This document shows, piece after piece, positions 1-10,185 of a stretch of 64,000 nt of DNA. A program made the translations under genes and the position numbers. The notes below the pieces were generated by a model. The model was not told where the DNA came from and ran no database searches. It saw nothing but the letters and a program-made list of their open reading frames with translations. This DNA comes from Isurus oxyrinchus (taxonomy: Eukaryota): assembly GCA_026770705.1 (NCBI GenBank), contig JANJGN010000009.1, positions 61,256,001 to 61,320,000 on the forward strand, in the 5' to 3' direction. Position 1 is the first letter of the stretch. Each line of letters opens with the position of its first letter.

Positions 1-2086
1 CCCTGTCAACGACCGTGGGTGGAAAACCTCGGTTAAGGAAGAAGGAGGACATGTCAGAGGAACTGTTTTTGAAGGTAGCATCATCGGAACAGATGCGACG
101 AAGGCGAAGGAACTGGGAGAATGGGATGGAGTCCTTACAGGAAGCGGGGTGTGAGGAGCTGTAGTCGAGGTAGCTGTGGGAGTCGGTGGGTTTGTAGTGG
201 ATATTGGTGGACAGTCTATCACCAGAGATTGAGACAGAGAGGTCAAGGAAGGGAAGGGAAGTGTCAGAGATGGACCACGTGAAAATGATGGAGGGGTGGA
301 GATTGGAAGCAAAATTAATAAATTTTTCCAAGTCCCGACGAGAGCATGAAGCAGCACCGAAGTAATCATCGATGTACCGGAGAAAAAGTTGTGGAAGGGG
401 GCCGGGGTAGGACTGCAACAAGGAATGTTCCACATATCCCATAAAGAGACAGGCATAGCTGGGGCCCATGCGGGTACCCATAGCCACACCTTTTATTTGG
501 AGAAAGTGAGAGGAGTTGAAGGAGAAATTGTTCAACGTGAGAACAAGTTCAGCCAGACGGAGGAGAGTAGTGGTGGATGGGGATTGTTCGGGCCTCTGTT
601 CGAGGAAGAAGCTAAGGGCCCTCAGACCATCCTGGTGGGGGATGGAGGTGTAGAGGGATTGGACGTCCATGGTGAAGAGGAAGCGGTTGGAGCCAGGGAA
701 CTGGAAATTGTTGATGTGACGTAAGGTGTCAGAGGAATCACGGATGTAGGTGGGAAGGGACTGGACAAGGGGAGAGAGAAGGGAGTCAAGATAACGAGAA
801 ATGAGTTCTGTGGGGCAGGAGCAAGCTGAGACGATCGGTCTACCAGGGCAGTTCTGTTTGTGGATTTTGGGTAGGAGATAGAAGCGGGCCGTCCGAGGTT
901 GGGCGACTATCAGGTTGGAAGCTGTGGGAGGGAGATCCCCAGAGGAGATGAGGTCAGTGACAGTCCTGGAAACAATGGCTTGATGTTCAGTGGTGGGGTC
1001 ATGGTCCAGGGAGAGGTAGGAGGAAGTGTCTGCGAGTTGACGCTCAGCCTCCGCGAGGTAGAGGTCAGTGCGCCAGACAACAACAGCACCACCCTTGTCA
1101 GCGGGTTTGATGACAATGTCAGGGTTGGACCTGAGAGAATGGAGTGCAGTAAGTTCAGAGAGAGACAGGTTAGAATGGGTGAGAGGAGCAGAGAAATTGA
1201 GACGACTAATGTCGCGCCGACAGTTCTCAATGAAAAGATCAAGAGAAGGTAAGAATCCAGAGGGAGGGGTCCAGGTGGAGGGAGAATATTGGAGATGGGT
1301 AAAAGGATCTGTTGAACTGGGAGAGGACTCCTGCCCAAAGAAGTGAGCCCGGAGACGAAGACGGCGAAAGAAGAGTTCAACATCATGCCGAGCCCGAAAT
1401 TCATTGAGGTGAGGGCGTAAGGGTATGAAACTAAGTCCTTTGCTGAGCACTGAACGTTCAGCATCGGAGAGGGGAAGGTCAGGGGGTATAGTGAATACAC
1501 GGCTGGGGCTGGGATTGGAAGATGGGGTGGGGACGGAGGGACAGGCTGGGGTGGAGGGTCCTAGATGGGTGTTGGTGTCGATGAGTTGTTGGAGCTTGCG
1601 TTCCTTAGCAGTTGAGAGAAAGAGAAAAAGTTTCTTGTTGAGGCGTCGGATGAGCCGAAGGATAAAATGAAACTGGGGGCACGCGCAGCTTTGAAAAAGG
1701 GTACGGCGGTGCTGCTGGAGGGAAAGGTCGAGTGTGTTCATATGGCGGCGCATGGCACTGAGTGTGGATTTCAGAATGTGACGGGAACAGCAGTCTGAGA
1801 AACGTTTTATGTCCCGGAGATACCGGTAATCCTGGGTGGGTTCGAAAGATGAGGGGTGGAATTTCAGTTGAAATCCACGTGGGGAAAGTCGGAGACGGAG
1901 GCAGTCACTGAGAAAGGAGATATGGCTGTGAAAGCGGGTTTTAGTAAACACCTTGTCAAACACTAGGAGGGAAATGGAAAGCAAAGAAGGTGAACAAGGC
2001 AACAGAGAGATACGGAAATCTTGTCGCAGAGAGGAACAGAACTTCTTCAAGGAGATAGGCATTTCTTGAAGAGCAGTGGCAGTCAA
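1..2086 (-). CDS. Second tandem copy of the PLE RT/GIY-YIG ORF (5' part; runs off the window start)
   Basis: Sequence 1-2257 matches 3335-5591 at offset 3334. Only difference noticed is 1380 A vs 4714 G (HDVE vs HDAE). Confidence 0.93.
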   Translation of the reverse strand, partial: MTATALQEMPISLKKFCSSLRQDFRISLLPCSPSLLSISLLVFDKVFTKTRFHSHISFLSDCLRLRLSPRGFQLKFHPSSFEPTQDYRYLRDIKRFSDCCSRHILKSTLSAMRRHMNTLDLSLQQHRRTLFQSCACPQFHFILRLIRRLNKKLFLFLSTAKERKLQQLIDTNTHLGPSTPACPSVPTPSSNPSPSRVFTIPPDLPLSDAERSVLSKGLSFIPLRPHLNEFRARHDVELFFRRLRLRAHFFGQESSPSSTDPFTHLQYSPSTWTPPSGFLPSLDLFIENCRRDISRLNFSAPLTHSNLSLSELTALHSLRSNPDIVIKPADKGGAVVVWRTDLYLAEAERQLADTSSYLSLDHDPTTEHQAIVSRTVTDLISSGDLPPTASNLIVAQPRTARFYLLPKIHKQNCPGRPIVSACSCPTELISRYLDSLLSPLVQSLPTYIRDSSDTLRHINNFQFPGSNRFLFTMDVQSLYTSIPHQDGLRALSFFLEQRPEQSPSTTTLLRLAELVLTLNNFSFNSSHFLQIKGVAMGTRMGPSYACLFMGYVEHSLLQSYPGPLPQLFLRYIDDYFGAASCSRRDLEKFINFASNLHPSIIFTWSISDTSLPFLDLSVSISGDRLSTNIHYKPTDSHSYLDYSSSHPASCKDSIPFSQFLRLRRICSDDATFKNSSSDMSSFFLNRGFPPTVVDR

Positions 2087-2197
2087 TTAAACACAGAGTT
2101 GAAAACAAAGAAAACTGCGGATGCTGGAAATCTAAAACAAAAACAGAATTACCTGGAAAAACTCAGTAGGTCTGGCAGCATCGGCGGAGAAGAAAAG

Positions 2198-2236
2198 AGT
2201 TGACGTTTCGAGTCCTCATGACCCTTCGACAGAACT
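2198..2236 (-). ncRNA. Minimal type-I hammerhead ribozyme motif (variant core CUGUCGA)
   Basis: Minus strand AGTT-CTGTCGA-A-GGGTC-ATGAG-GACTC-GAAA-CGTC-AACT: stem I AGUU/AACU, stem II GGGUC/GACUC, GAAA, palindromic ACGU in place of stem III, GUC cleavage triplet. This layout is typical of PLE HHRs. Confidence 0.8.
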
Positions 2237-2639
2237 TGATTTCGAGTCCAGGAAAGAGTTGAAATATAATCTGGTTTAAGGTGTGTGGGGGGGGGGGGGG
2301 GGGGAAGGAGAGAGAGAGAGAGACAGAGGTGCTTGTGTAGACAAACAAGCAGTGATAGAAGCAGATCATCAAAAGATGTCAGTAACAATGGTGCAAAAGA
2401 ACACATAGGTGTTAAAGTTAAAGTTGGTGATATTATCTAAACGAATGTGCTAATTAAGAATGGATGGTAGGGCACTCAAGGTACAGCTCTAGTGGGGGTG
2501 GGGGGAGCATAAAGGATTTTAAAATATTTAAAAATAATGGAAATAGGTGGGAAAAGAAAAATCTATAAAATTTATAGGGAAAAAAAAAAGGGGGAAAAAA
2601 AGGGGGAAACAGAAAGGGGGTGGGGATGGGGGAGGGAGC

Positions 2640-5420
2640 TCACGACCTAAAGTTATTGAATTCAATATTCAGACCGGAAGGCTGTAAGGTGCCTAGTCGG
2701 AAGATGAGGTGTTGTTCCTCCAGTTTGCGTTGGGCTTCACTGGAACAATGCAGTAAGCCAAGGACAGACATGTGGGCAAGAGAGCAGGGTGGAGTGTTAA
2801 AATGGCAAGCCACAGGGAGGTTTGGGTCATTCTTGCGGACAGACCGCAGGTGTTCTGCAAAGCGGTCGCCCAGTTTACGTTTGGTCTCTCCAATGTAGAG
2901 GAGACCACATTGGGAGCAACGAATGCAGTAGACTAAGTTGGGGGAAATGCAAGTGAAATGCTGCTTCACTTGAAAGGAATGTTTGGGCCCTTGGACGGTG
3001 AGGAGAGAGGAAGTGAAGGGGCAGGTGTTACATCTTTTGCGTGGGCATGGGGTGGTGCCATAGGAGGGGGTTGAGGAGTAGGGGGTGATGGAGGAGTGGA
3101 CCAGGGTGTCCTGGAGGGAGCGATCCCTACGGAATGCCGATAAGGGGGGTGAAGGGAAGATGTGTTTGGTGGTGGCATCATGCTGGAGTTGGCGGAAATG
3201 GCGGAGGATGATCCTTTGAATGCGGAGGCTGGTGGGGTGATAAGTGAGGACAAGGGGGACCCTATCATGTTTCTGGGAGGGAGGAGAAGGCGTGAGGGCG
3301 GATGCGCGGGAGATGGGCCGGACACGGTTGAGGGCCCTGTCAACGACCGTGGGTGGAAAACCTCGGTTAAGGAAGAAGGAGGACATGTCAGAGGAACTGT
3401 TTTTGAAGGTAGCATCATCGGAACAGATGCGACGAAGGCGAAGGAACTGGGAGAATGGGATGGAGTCCTTACAGGAAGCGGGGTGTGAGGAGCTGTAGTC
3501 GAGGTAGCTGTGGGAGTCGGTGGGTTTGTAGTGGATATTGGTGGACAGTCTATCACCAGAGATTGAGACAGAGAGGTCAAGGAAGGGAAGGGAAGTGTCA
3601 GAGATGGACCACGTGAAAATGATGGAGGGGTGGAGATTGGAAGCAAAATTAATAAATTTTTCCAAGTCCCGACGAGAGCATGAAGCAGCACCGAAGTAAT
3701 CATCGATGTACCGGAGAAAAAGTTGTGGAAGGGGGCCGGGGTAGGACTGCAACAAGGAATGTTCCACATATCCCATAAAGAGACAGGCATAGCTGGGGCC
3801 CATGCGGGTACCCATAGCCACACCTTTTATTTGGAGAAAGTGAGAGGAGTTGAAGGAGAAATTGTTCAACGTGAGAACAAGTTCAGCCAGACGGAGGAGA
3901 GTAGTGGTGGATGGGGATTGTTCGGGCCTCTGTTCGAGGAAGAAGCTAAGGGCCCTCAGACCATCCTGGTGGGGGATGGAGGTGTAGAGGGATTGGACGT
4001 CCATGGTGAAGAGGAAGCGGTTGGAGCCAGGGAACTGGAAATTGTTGATGTGACGTAAGGTGTCAGAGGAATCACGGATGTAGGTGGGAAGGGACTGGAC
4101 AAGGGGAGAGAGAAGGGAGTCAAGATAACGAGAAATGAGTTCTGTGGGGCAGGAGCAAGCTGAGACGATCGGTCTACCAGGGCAGTTCTGTTTGTGGATT
4201 TTGGGTAGGAGATAGAAGCGGGCCGTCCGAGGTTGGGCGACTATCAGGTTGGAAGCTGTGGGAGGGAGATCCCCAGAGGAGATGAGGTCAGTGACAGTCC
4301 TGGAAACAATGGCTTGATGTTCAGTGGTGGGGTCATGGTCCAGGGAGAGGTAGGAGGAAGTGTCTGCGAGTTGACGCTCAGCCTCCGCGAGGTAGAGGTC
4401 AGTGCGCCAGACAACAACAGCACCACCCTTGTCAGCGGGTTTGATGACAATGTCAGGGTTGGACCTGAGAGAATGGAGTGCAGTAAGTTCAGAGAGAGAC
4501 AGGTTAGAATGGGTGAGAGGAGCAGAGAAATTGAGACGACTAATGTCGCGCCGACAGTTCTCAATGAAAAGATCAAGAGAAGGTAAGAATCCAGAGGGAG
4601 GGGTCCAGGTGGAGGGAGAATATTGGAGATGGGTAAAAGGATCTGTTGAACTGGGAGAGGACTCCTGCCCAAAGAAGTGAGCCCGGAGACGAAGACGGCG
4701 AAAGAAGAGTTCAGCATCATGCCGAGCCCGAAATTCATTGAGGTGAGGGCGTAAGGGTATGAAACTAAGTCCTTTGCTGAGCACTGAACGTTCAGCATCG
4801 GAGAGGGGAAGGTCAGGGGGTATAGTGAATACACGGCTGGGGCTGGGATTGGAAGATGGGGTGGGGACGGAGGGACAGGCTGGGGTGGAGGGTCCTAGAT
4901 GGGTGTTGGTGTCGATGAGTTGTTGGAGCTTGCGTTCCTTAGCAGTTGAGAGAAAGAGAAAAAGTTTCTTGTTGAGGCGTCGGATGAGCCGAAGGATAAA
5001 ATGAAACTGGGGGCACGCGCAGCTTTGAAAAAGGGTACGGCGGTGCTGCTGGAGGGAAAGGTCGAGTGTGTTCATATGGCGGCGCATGGCACTGAGTGTG
5101 GATTTCAGAATGTGACGGGAACAGCAGTCTGAGAAACGTTTTATGTCCCGGAGATACCGGTAATCCTGGGTGGGTTCGAAAGATGAGGGGTGGAATTTCA
5201 GTTGAAATCCACGTGGGGAAAGTCGGAGACGGAGGCAGTCACTGAGAAAGGAGATATGGCTGTGAAAGCGGGTTTTAGTAAACACCTTGTCAAACACTAG
5301 GAGGGAAATGGAAAGCAAAGAAGGTGAACAAGGCAACAGAGAGATACGGAAATCTTGTCGCAGAGAGGAACAGAACTTCTTCAAGGAGATAGGCATTTCT
5401 TGAAGAGCAGTGGCAGTCAA
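2640..5420 (-). CDS. Penelope-like element (Neptune-type) polyprotein: reverse transcriptase + Cys-rich linker + GIY-YIG endonuclease, intact
   Basis: 926-codon open frame (TTG at 5420, first ATG at 5396 giving 918 aa). PLE RT motifs PADKGGAVVVW, FYLLPKIHK, GRPIVS, TMDVQSLYTSIP, QIKGVAMGTRMGPSYA, RYIDD, LPFLDL, YKPTDSHSYL; linker CPRKRCNTC; GIY-YIG LVYCIRCSQCGLLYIGETKRKLGDRFAEH...LEEQHLI..LGTLQPSGLN. Confidence 0.95.
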   Translation of the reverse strand: MTATALQEMPISLKKFCSSLRQDFRISLLPCSPSLLSISLLVFDKVFTKTRFHSHISFLSDCLRLRLSPRGFQLKFHPSSFEPTQDYRYLRDIKRFSDCCSRHILKSTLSAMRRHMNTLDLSLQQHRRTLFQSCACPQFHFILRLIRRLNKKLFLFLSTAKERKLQQLIDTNTHLGPSTPACPSVPTPSSNPSPSRVFTIPPDLPLSDAERSVLSKGLSFIPLRPHLNEFRARHDAELFFRRLRLRAHFFGQESSPSSTDPFTHLQYSPSTWTPPSGFLPSLDLFIENCRRDISRLNFSAPLTHSNLSLSELTALHSLRSNPDIVIKPADKGGAVVVWRTDLYLAEAERQLADTSSYLSLDHDPTTEHQAIVSRTVTDLISSGDLPPTASNLIVAQPRTARFYLLPKIHKQNCPGRPIVSACSCPTELISRYLDSLLSPLVQSLPTYIRDSSDTLRHINNFQFPGSNRFLFTMDVQSLYTSIPHQDGLRALSFFLEQRPEQSPSTTTLLRLAELVLTLNNFSFNSSHFLQIKGVAMGTRMGPSYACLFMGYVEHSLLQSYPGPLPQLFLRYIDDYFGAASCSRRDLEKFINFASNLHPSIIFTWSISDTSLPFLDLSVSISGDRLSTNIHYKPTDSHSYLDYSSSHPASCKDSIPFSQFLRLRRICSDDATFKNSSSDMSSFFLNRGFPPTVVDRALNRVRPISRASALTPSPPSQKHDRVPLVLTYHPTSLRIQRIILRHFRQLQHDATTKHIFPSPPLSAFRRDRSLQDTLVHSSITPYSSTPSYGTTPCPRKRCNTCPFTSSLLTVQGPKHSFQVKQHFTCISPNLVYCIRCSQCGLLYIGETKRKLGDRFAEHLRSVRKNDPNLPVACHFNTPPCSLAHMSVLGLLHCSSEAQRKLEEQHLIFRLGTLQPSGLNIEFNNFRS

Positions 5421-5531
5421 TTAAACACAGAGTTGAAAACAAAGAAAACTGCGGATGCTGGAAATCTAAAACAAAAACAGAATTACCTGGAAAAACTCAG
5501 TAGGTCTGGCAGCATCGGCGGAGAAGAAAAG

Positions 5532-5570
5532 AGTTGACGTTTCGAGTCCTCATGACCCTTCGACAGAACT
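5532..5570 (-). ncRNA. Minimal type-I hammerhead ribozyme motif (copy in second unit)
   Basis: Identical to 2198-2236. Confidence 0.8.
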
Positions 5571-8468
5571 TGATTTCGAGTCCAGGAAAGATCCTAATTA
5601 CGTGCATTTTTACAATCCAGCTGTGACAAATTCAATTCAACCATAGAAACCTTCTTAGAATCGGTCTCTCCAATAAATAGTCTGAAGATTTTACTTTTCT
5701 CAGCGCCTGCCTCACACTACATCACACCTAATCGTCCAGTTGATATAATCCTGGAATGCTGCAGCAATATTCCCTGGTGACGTGGATGTTCCTGTCTTCT
5801 GCACGGGTGTTTTGCCTGCCTTTTCAGAGGCAGGCTAAGCAAACACAATTTTAGGGCCATGAGGTACTTTGGTCTGCACTGATTGCTGTTAGGTAAGCAA
5901 ACCTGGCAGCTACTTTGCACCATTCATGCCACTTAATGGGCCAATTGTACTGCAGACTAGCAGCAGATGACTCAGTCAGTGTTAAATGTTTGGTGCGAGT
6001 AACATTGAAGACTTGGAAAACTATCAAAAAGAAAACTTGACAAATAATTGAACTATTCCACAAACAATTGCCACAGCTGGTGCTCAGCGAAACATCATTA
6101 ACAAAAGTATCCTTGAAAAGTGTGTTGGTTACTGCTTTTAACCAGTTTTTCTCCAGAGAGACTTTCTAAAAGCATTTTTTAAAGTATTTAATTAAGGTTA
6201 GGGAATTTTAACTGCAGCTCTAATTCCAGAGCAGAAGGGTTTTACTCTGTATCTGAATGTGTTATATATGGCCTGGGAGTTTTGATGCATAGGAAATAGG
6301 AAGACTTTCCCAAGCAGTTACATTCCTCAGCTTGCTAATTTTATTAATTCTAAAGAGAAGAATAGGGAGATAGAGGGCAAGAAGGAAATGATAAAAGTTA
6401 TGAAGTGGGATGGAGTGATCTGGCAACACCCATCATCTAGGCTCAGACAACAATAGATACGACAATACTCCTTCAAACTGATGCATGTTCATAACCTGCA
6501 AAAAATTCCTCATGGATGGCACATCATAAATAGCATGCATTTTAACAAATTGTCTGACTGCCACAGTTGACTGCTGTTAGATACTAAGGTTATCTTGTAA
6601 ATATTTTATTTAATTAGATTAAAACTGCTGTCTGTTGTGGAAAGAGAAATAATGTGGTGAGGTTAATAATGAAGATGGGATTGCTAGGTAGGCCTAAGAC
6701 CAGATGGAAAGATTTGGTGGCAAGAAACATAAACACAATGGAATAGGGTGAAGAATGAGTGATTGACAGGAGATAATGGAGAAGAGCAATCAACCAGAGC
6801 TGTGGCGATCCCAAGTAAAATAGGAGAAGCCAAGAGAAGAACAACAACAAGATTAAAACTGCTATGCTTCAATATGGAAAGGCACAAACCAAAATGGAAT
6901 TAAACATCCAGTTTACCATTTTTGTATATCTTATTTATTTTATTGTCTCAGCCATTATTGTTCATATTAAGCTTCTGTAATGAGCTGATGGAGTGTATTT
7001 ATGCCATAACTTTCTAACTTCCATTGCTCTTCACTTTACCACCGTCAGTAAAAGTCAATTTTTTTTTTAGATTTTAACAAGCGGATCATCTAAAGAAAAC
7101 ATAATATCCTAGGAAGGTTGTTTCCAACTGGTCAGCTCCATATACATTTGTTATGTTCTTACTATGGATTCGCTCAGCTCAGCGAACATGGTTGCACACC
7201 TATCTACTGAGGGGTGAGTTGATAAACTATACAATGTGGATGAAGAGACCGTTGTGAAGTGAAACACATGCTGTTTATTCATATAAGCAAAAGAGCACAA
7301 TCACATGCTTGCTTCTCAAACCAGGTCAACTGTCAGGAATTTTGGGCAGATGACTCCTGGGAGGGAGGCCTCAGATAAATCATCTGATGTCATAGAACTA
7401 CGACGTTCGACATTTTTAAAGAAGCCTCCAGAGAGACTGAATTTGTAAATAGTTTATTTCTTTAAATAGTTGATATATTGTAATGATTGTAATTTGTACT
7501 TTTGAGTAAAGGAAGAGGTTTGAAGTAATCTGATTTGCAATACACCTTTAAGAAAATGCGAGCAGATTGACCACATGATTGTATTACCCAATTGCTGTGT
7601 AGCACGGACCACATTGTTAATCAGTAGTTTAGAATGGGTTCTCCATTGTGAATGCCAGCTTCAGCATCTTGCTGAGGTCTAAATTCATTCCTGACAACAA
7701 TCTTTTTTGAATGACATCTTCATTAATACCAGATACTAATCGGTCTCTTAACATGTCGTTAATCAATGTCTAGAATTAACAAAGTTCTGTCAATTGTTTC
7801 AAGGCAGCTACATAACAAGCGACTGTCTCTCCAGGGACGTGACACCTCAAATTAAATTTAAAACGCAGCATTGTTACTGAGGATTTCAGATTAAATTGAC
7901 TTTTCACAATGTTTACAACACATCAATGTTCTTGGAATCTGGGGCGTTGGGTGCCATTAGACTACGAATTAGGCTTTTACTGCCACATATTGATAAGAGA
8001 ATCGCCTGTCTTTTCTCCTCCCCTGCTATGCCGTTAGCCAAAAAGAATGTAAGGCGTTCAGTGTACTGTGATCAGCTATTGGTGGTCTGATCAAATGGTT
8101 CGACACAGCCAAAGTGCAGCACATTGAAGGGAGATAGCTCCAATGACTATGATGAAGGCTGCACTTACAAGCACCCGCAAGGTATGGCTGATTTGCTTCA
8201 GGTTAATTTCCGTGGCTTGCCATGGTGTCATCGAGTAGTTTTGTTTTGCCTTGTCACCAGTTGTTATGTTCTTACTATGGACTCACTCTGCTCACCAAAC
8301 ATGGCTGCACACCTATCTACCAAGGGGCGAGTTGGTTAACTAAATGATGTGGATGAAGAGACTGTTGTGAAGTGAAACATGTTGTTTATTCATATAAGCA
8401 ACAGAGCACAAAAACAGAATTACCTGAAAAAACTCAGCAGGTCTGGCAGCATTGACAGAGAAGAAAAG

Positions 8469-8507
8469 AGTTGACATTTCGAGTCCTCATGACCCTTCAA
8501 CAGAACT
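8469..8507 (-). ncRNA. Hammerhead motif (CUGUUGA core)
   Basis: AGTT CTGTTGA AGGGTCATGAGGACTC GAAA TGTC AACT. Confidence 0.65.
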
Positions 8508-8968
8508 AGGTGAATCCAAGGATGGGGTGAAATAGAAGGTGTGTGTGTGTGTGTGTTTATGTGTGTGTGTGTGGCCGGGGCGGGGGGTGGGGGGGGGGGA
8601 GAAGTGGAGGGGGGGTGTGGTTGTAGGGACAAGCAAGCACTAATAGAAGCAGATCATCAAAAGACGTCACAGACAACAGAAAAAAAGAAAACATAGGTGT
8701 TGAAGTTGGTGATATATATCTAAACGCATGTGCAAACACCAGGAGAGAAATGGAAAGCAATGAAGGTGAGCAGGGCAAAAGAGAGATACGGAAATCTTGT
8801 CGCAGAGACGAACAGAACTTCTTCAAGGAAGGCATTTCTTGAAGAGCAGTGGCAGTCAATTAAACACAGAGATAAAAACAAAAAACTGCGGATGCTGGAA
8901 ATCCAAAACAAAAACAGAATTACCTGGAAAAACTCAGCAGGTCTGGCAGCATCGGCGGAGAAGAAAAG

Positions 8969-9007
8969 AGTTGATGTTTCGAGTCCTCATGACCCTTCAA
9001 CAGAACT
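8969..9007 (-). ncRNA. Hammerhead motif (CUGUUGA core)
   Basis: AGTT CTGTTGA AGGGTCATGAGGACTC GAAA CATC AACT. Confidence 0.6.
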
Positions 9008-9420
9008 AGGTGAATCCAAGGAAAGGTGTGTTTGTGTGCGTGTGTGCGGGTGGGTGGGGGGGGGGGGGGTGGAGAGAAGTGGAGGGGGGTGTGTGGTTGT
9101 AGGGACAAGCAAGTAGTAATAGAAGCAGATCATCAAAAGATGTCACAGACAACAGAACAAAAGAACACATAGAACACATAGCAGCACAAACACATACCTG
9201 CTACTCAAACCAGAACCTATTCTAAAGTACTGATTAACAATGTAGCCCGTGCTACACAGCAATTGGTTAATACAATCATGTGGTCAATCTGCTCTCATTC
9301 TCTTAAAGGTGTATTTCATCTCAGATTACCACAACATTGTTGATGGATTCAGAGAACAGTAATGCTGCCAACGAACATTACTGTGAAATCAGTTCAACTT
9401 GTCAAAAGTGAATTATTTGA

Positions 9421-9561
9421 AAGTAAAATGCTGTGGATGCTAATAAAAATGGAAAATGCTGAAATACTCAGCACGTCAAGACTGAAATGCTAACTCTTTT
9501 TTCTCTCTCTACAGATGCTGCCAGTCCTGCTGAGTATTTCCAGCATTTTCTGCTTTTATTT
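9421..9561. repeat. Old fold-back PLE pseudo-LTR remnant
   Basis: Inverted arms GAAAATGCTGAAATACTCAGCA / TGCTGAGTATTTCCAGCATTTTC, similar to the PLE 5'UTR. Confidence 0.7.
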
Positions 9562-10056
9562 ATGAATATTTTGAATTTTGGTTTCAGGGAAGCCAATTTA
9601 AAACCAGAGCTCAAATTCTAATCTGATTTTGGAGAATGTTGAGGTTGAATCGAAGATTTGAGGCTAGATTTTCTGATCCAGCGGGAATCCTGTTGGATTG
9701 CTGGCATGGCGTATATATTGCCTTCTGACCCCAAGACTACTGACACCAGCATATAAACCAGGCTCTTCCTGTTTAGTGACAATCATTTTGGTGAAATCTG
9801 GTGCTACTTCCTTGACATGAAGTTGCCAGATGGGAATGGGGAAAGTAACACCAAAGCATTTGCTGTCAGATAGCATTTGAAAGTTTTACCTTGTCTGAAG
9901 CAATCAATTTATTATGCTAACAAATAAACCCTTTACCGCTGAAGTCCCCTTCCCAACACAGCAAGACTGGATGACAGAGTGCATCCTTAAGGTCTAGCAT
10001 TATTATAGCTTTAATGATGGGGAATATATCAGAAGTCATTAACCAACATTTTGATA

Positions 10057-10185
10057 ATTTCTGAAGAAGAGCCATACGGATTTGAAATGTTAACTCTGTT
10101 TCTCTCTCCACAGATGCTGCTGAATTTTTCCATCATTTTCTGTTTTTGCTTCAGATTTCCAGCATCCGCAGTACTTTGCTATTAT
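10057..10185 (+). repeat. Older PLE pseudo-LTR fragment with degenerate HHR (canonical CUGAAGA core)
   Basis: CTGAAGAAGAGCCATACGGATTTGAAATGTTAACTCTG...CAGATGCTGC...GATTTCCAGCATCCGCAG. Confidence 0.75.

Larger units (their letters stand above)
1..5591 (-). mobile_element. Head-to-tail tandem array of Penelope-like retroelement (3334-bp unit)
   Basis: Exact 3334-bp periodicity. The unit is ORF, 3'UTR (2258-2639, with G/GA/GT tracts), HHR, 5'UTR. Homology stops at 5591. Confidence 0.95.
8411..9180 (-). mobile_element. Non-autonomous PLE mini-element with two HHR motifs
   Basis: Matches the PLE 3'UTR/HHR/5'UTR twice. The ORF start (MTATALQEMPSLKK...) is fused at ~8730 to the 3'UTR, so nearly all of the ORF is deleted. 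Confidence 0.9.
7149..9333 (-). mobile_element. Deleted and rearranged Gypsy LTR retrotransposon (gag relic), interrupted by a PLE mini-element
   Basis: LTR repeat at 7149-7324 and 8262-9333; TG..CA ends; TSD ACATT (7144-7148 and 9334-9338); PBS-like TGGTGACAAGG at ~8249-8259; gag relic LHFGCVEPFD..YTERLTFFLANGIAGEEKRQAILL at ~7990-8120. Confidence 0.85.

Noticed and set aside
2140-2236. Recurring ~95-bp sequence as a possible CRISPR-like repeat
   Set aside because: Dispersed, in both orientations, with no spacer periodicity; explained by the PLE pseudo-LTR in a eukaryotic genome
2198-2266. Alternative type-III hammerhead fold using the upstream UUC-AACU
   Set aside because: Stem III would begin with a U-C mismatch, and the upstream segment is not conserved in other copies
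389-5004. Multiple overlapping and antisense ORFs (111-285 aa) inside the PLE
   Set aside because: Shadow frames caused by the strong C/T versus G/A strand skew of the real ORF; no recognisable motifs
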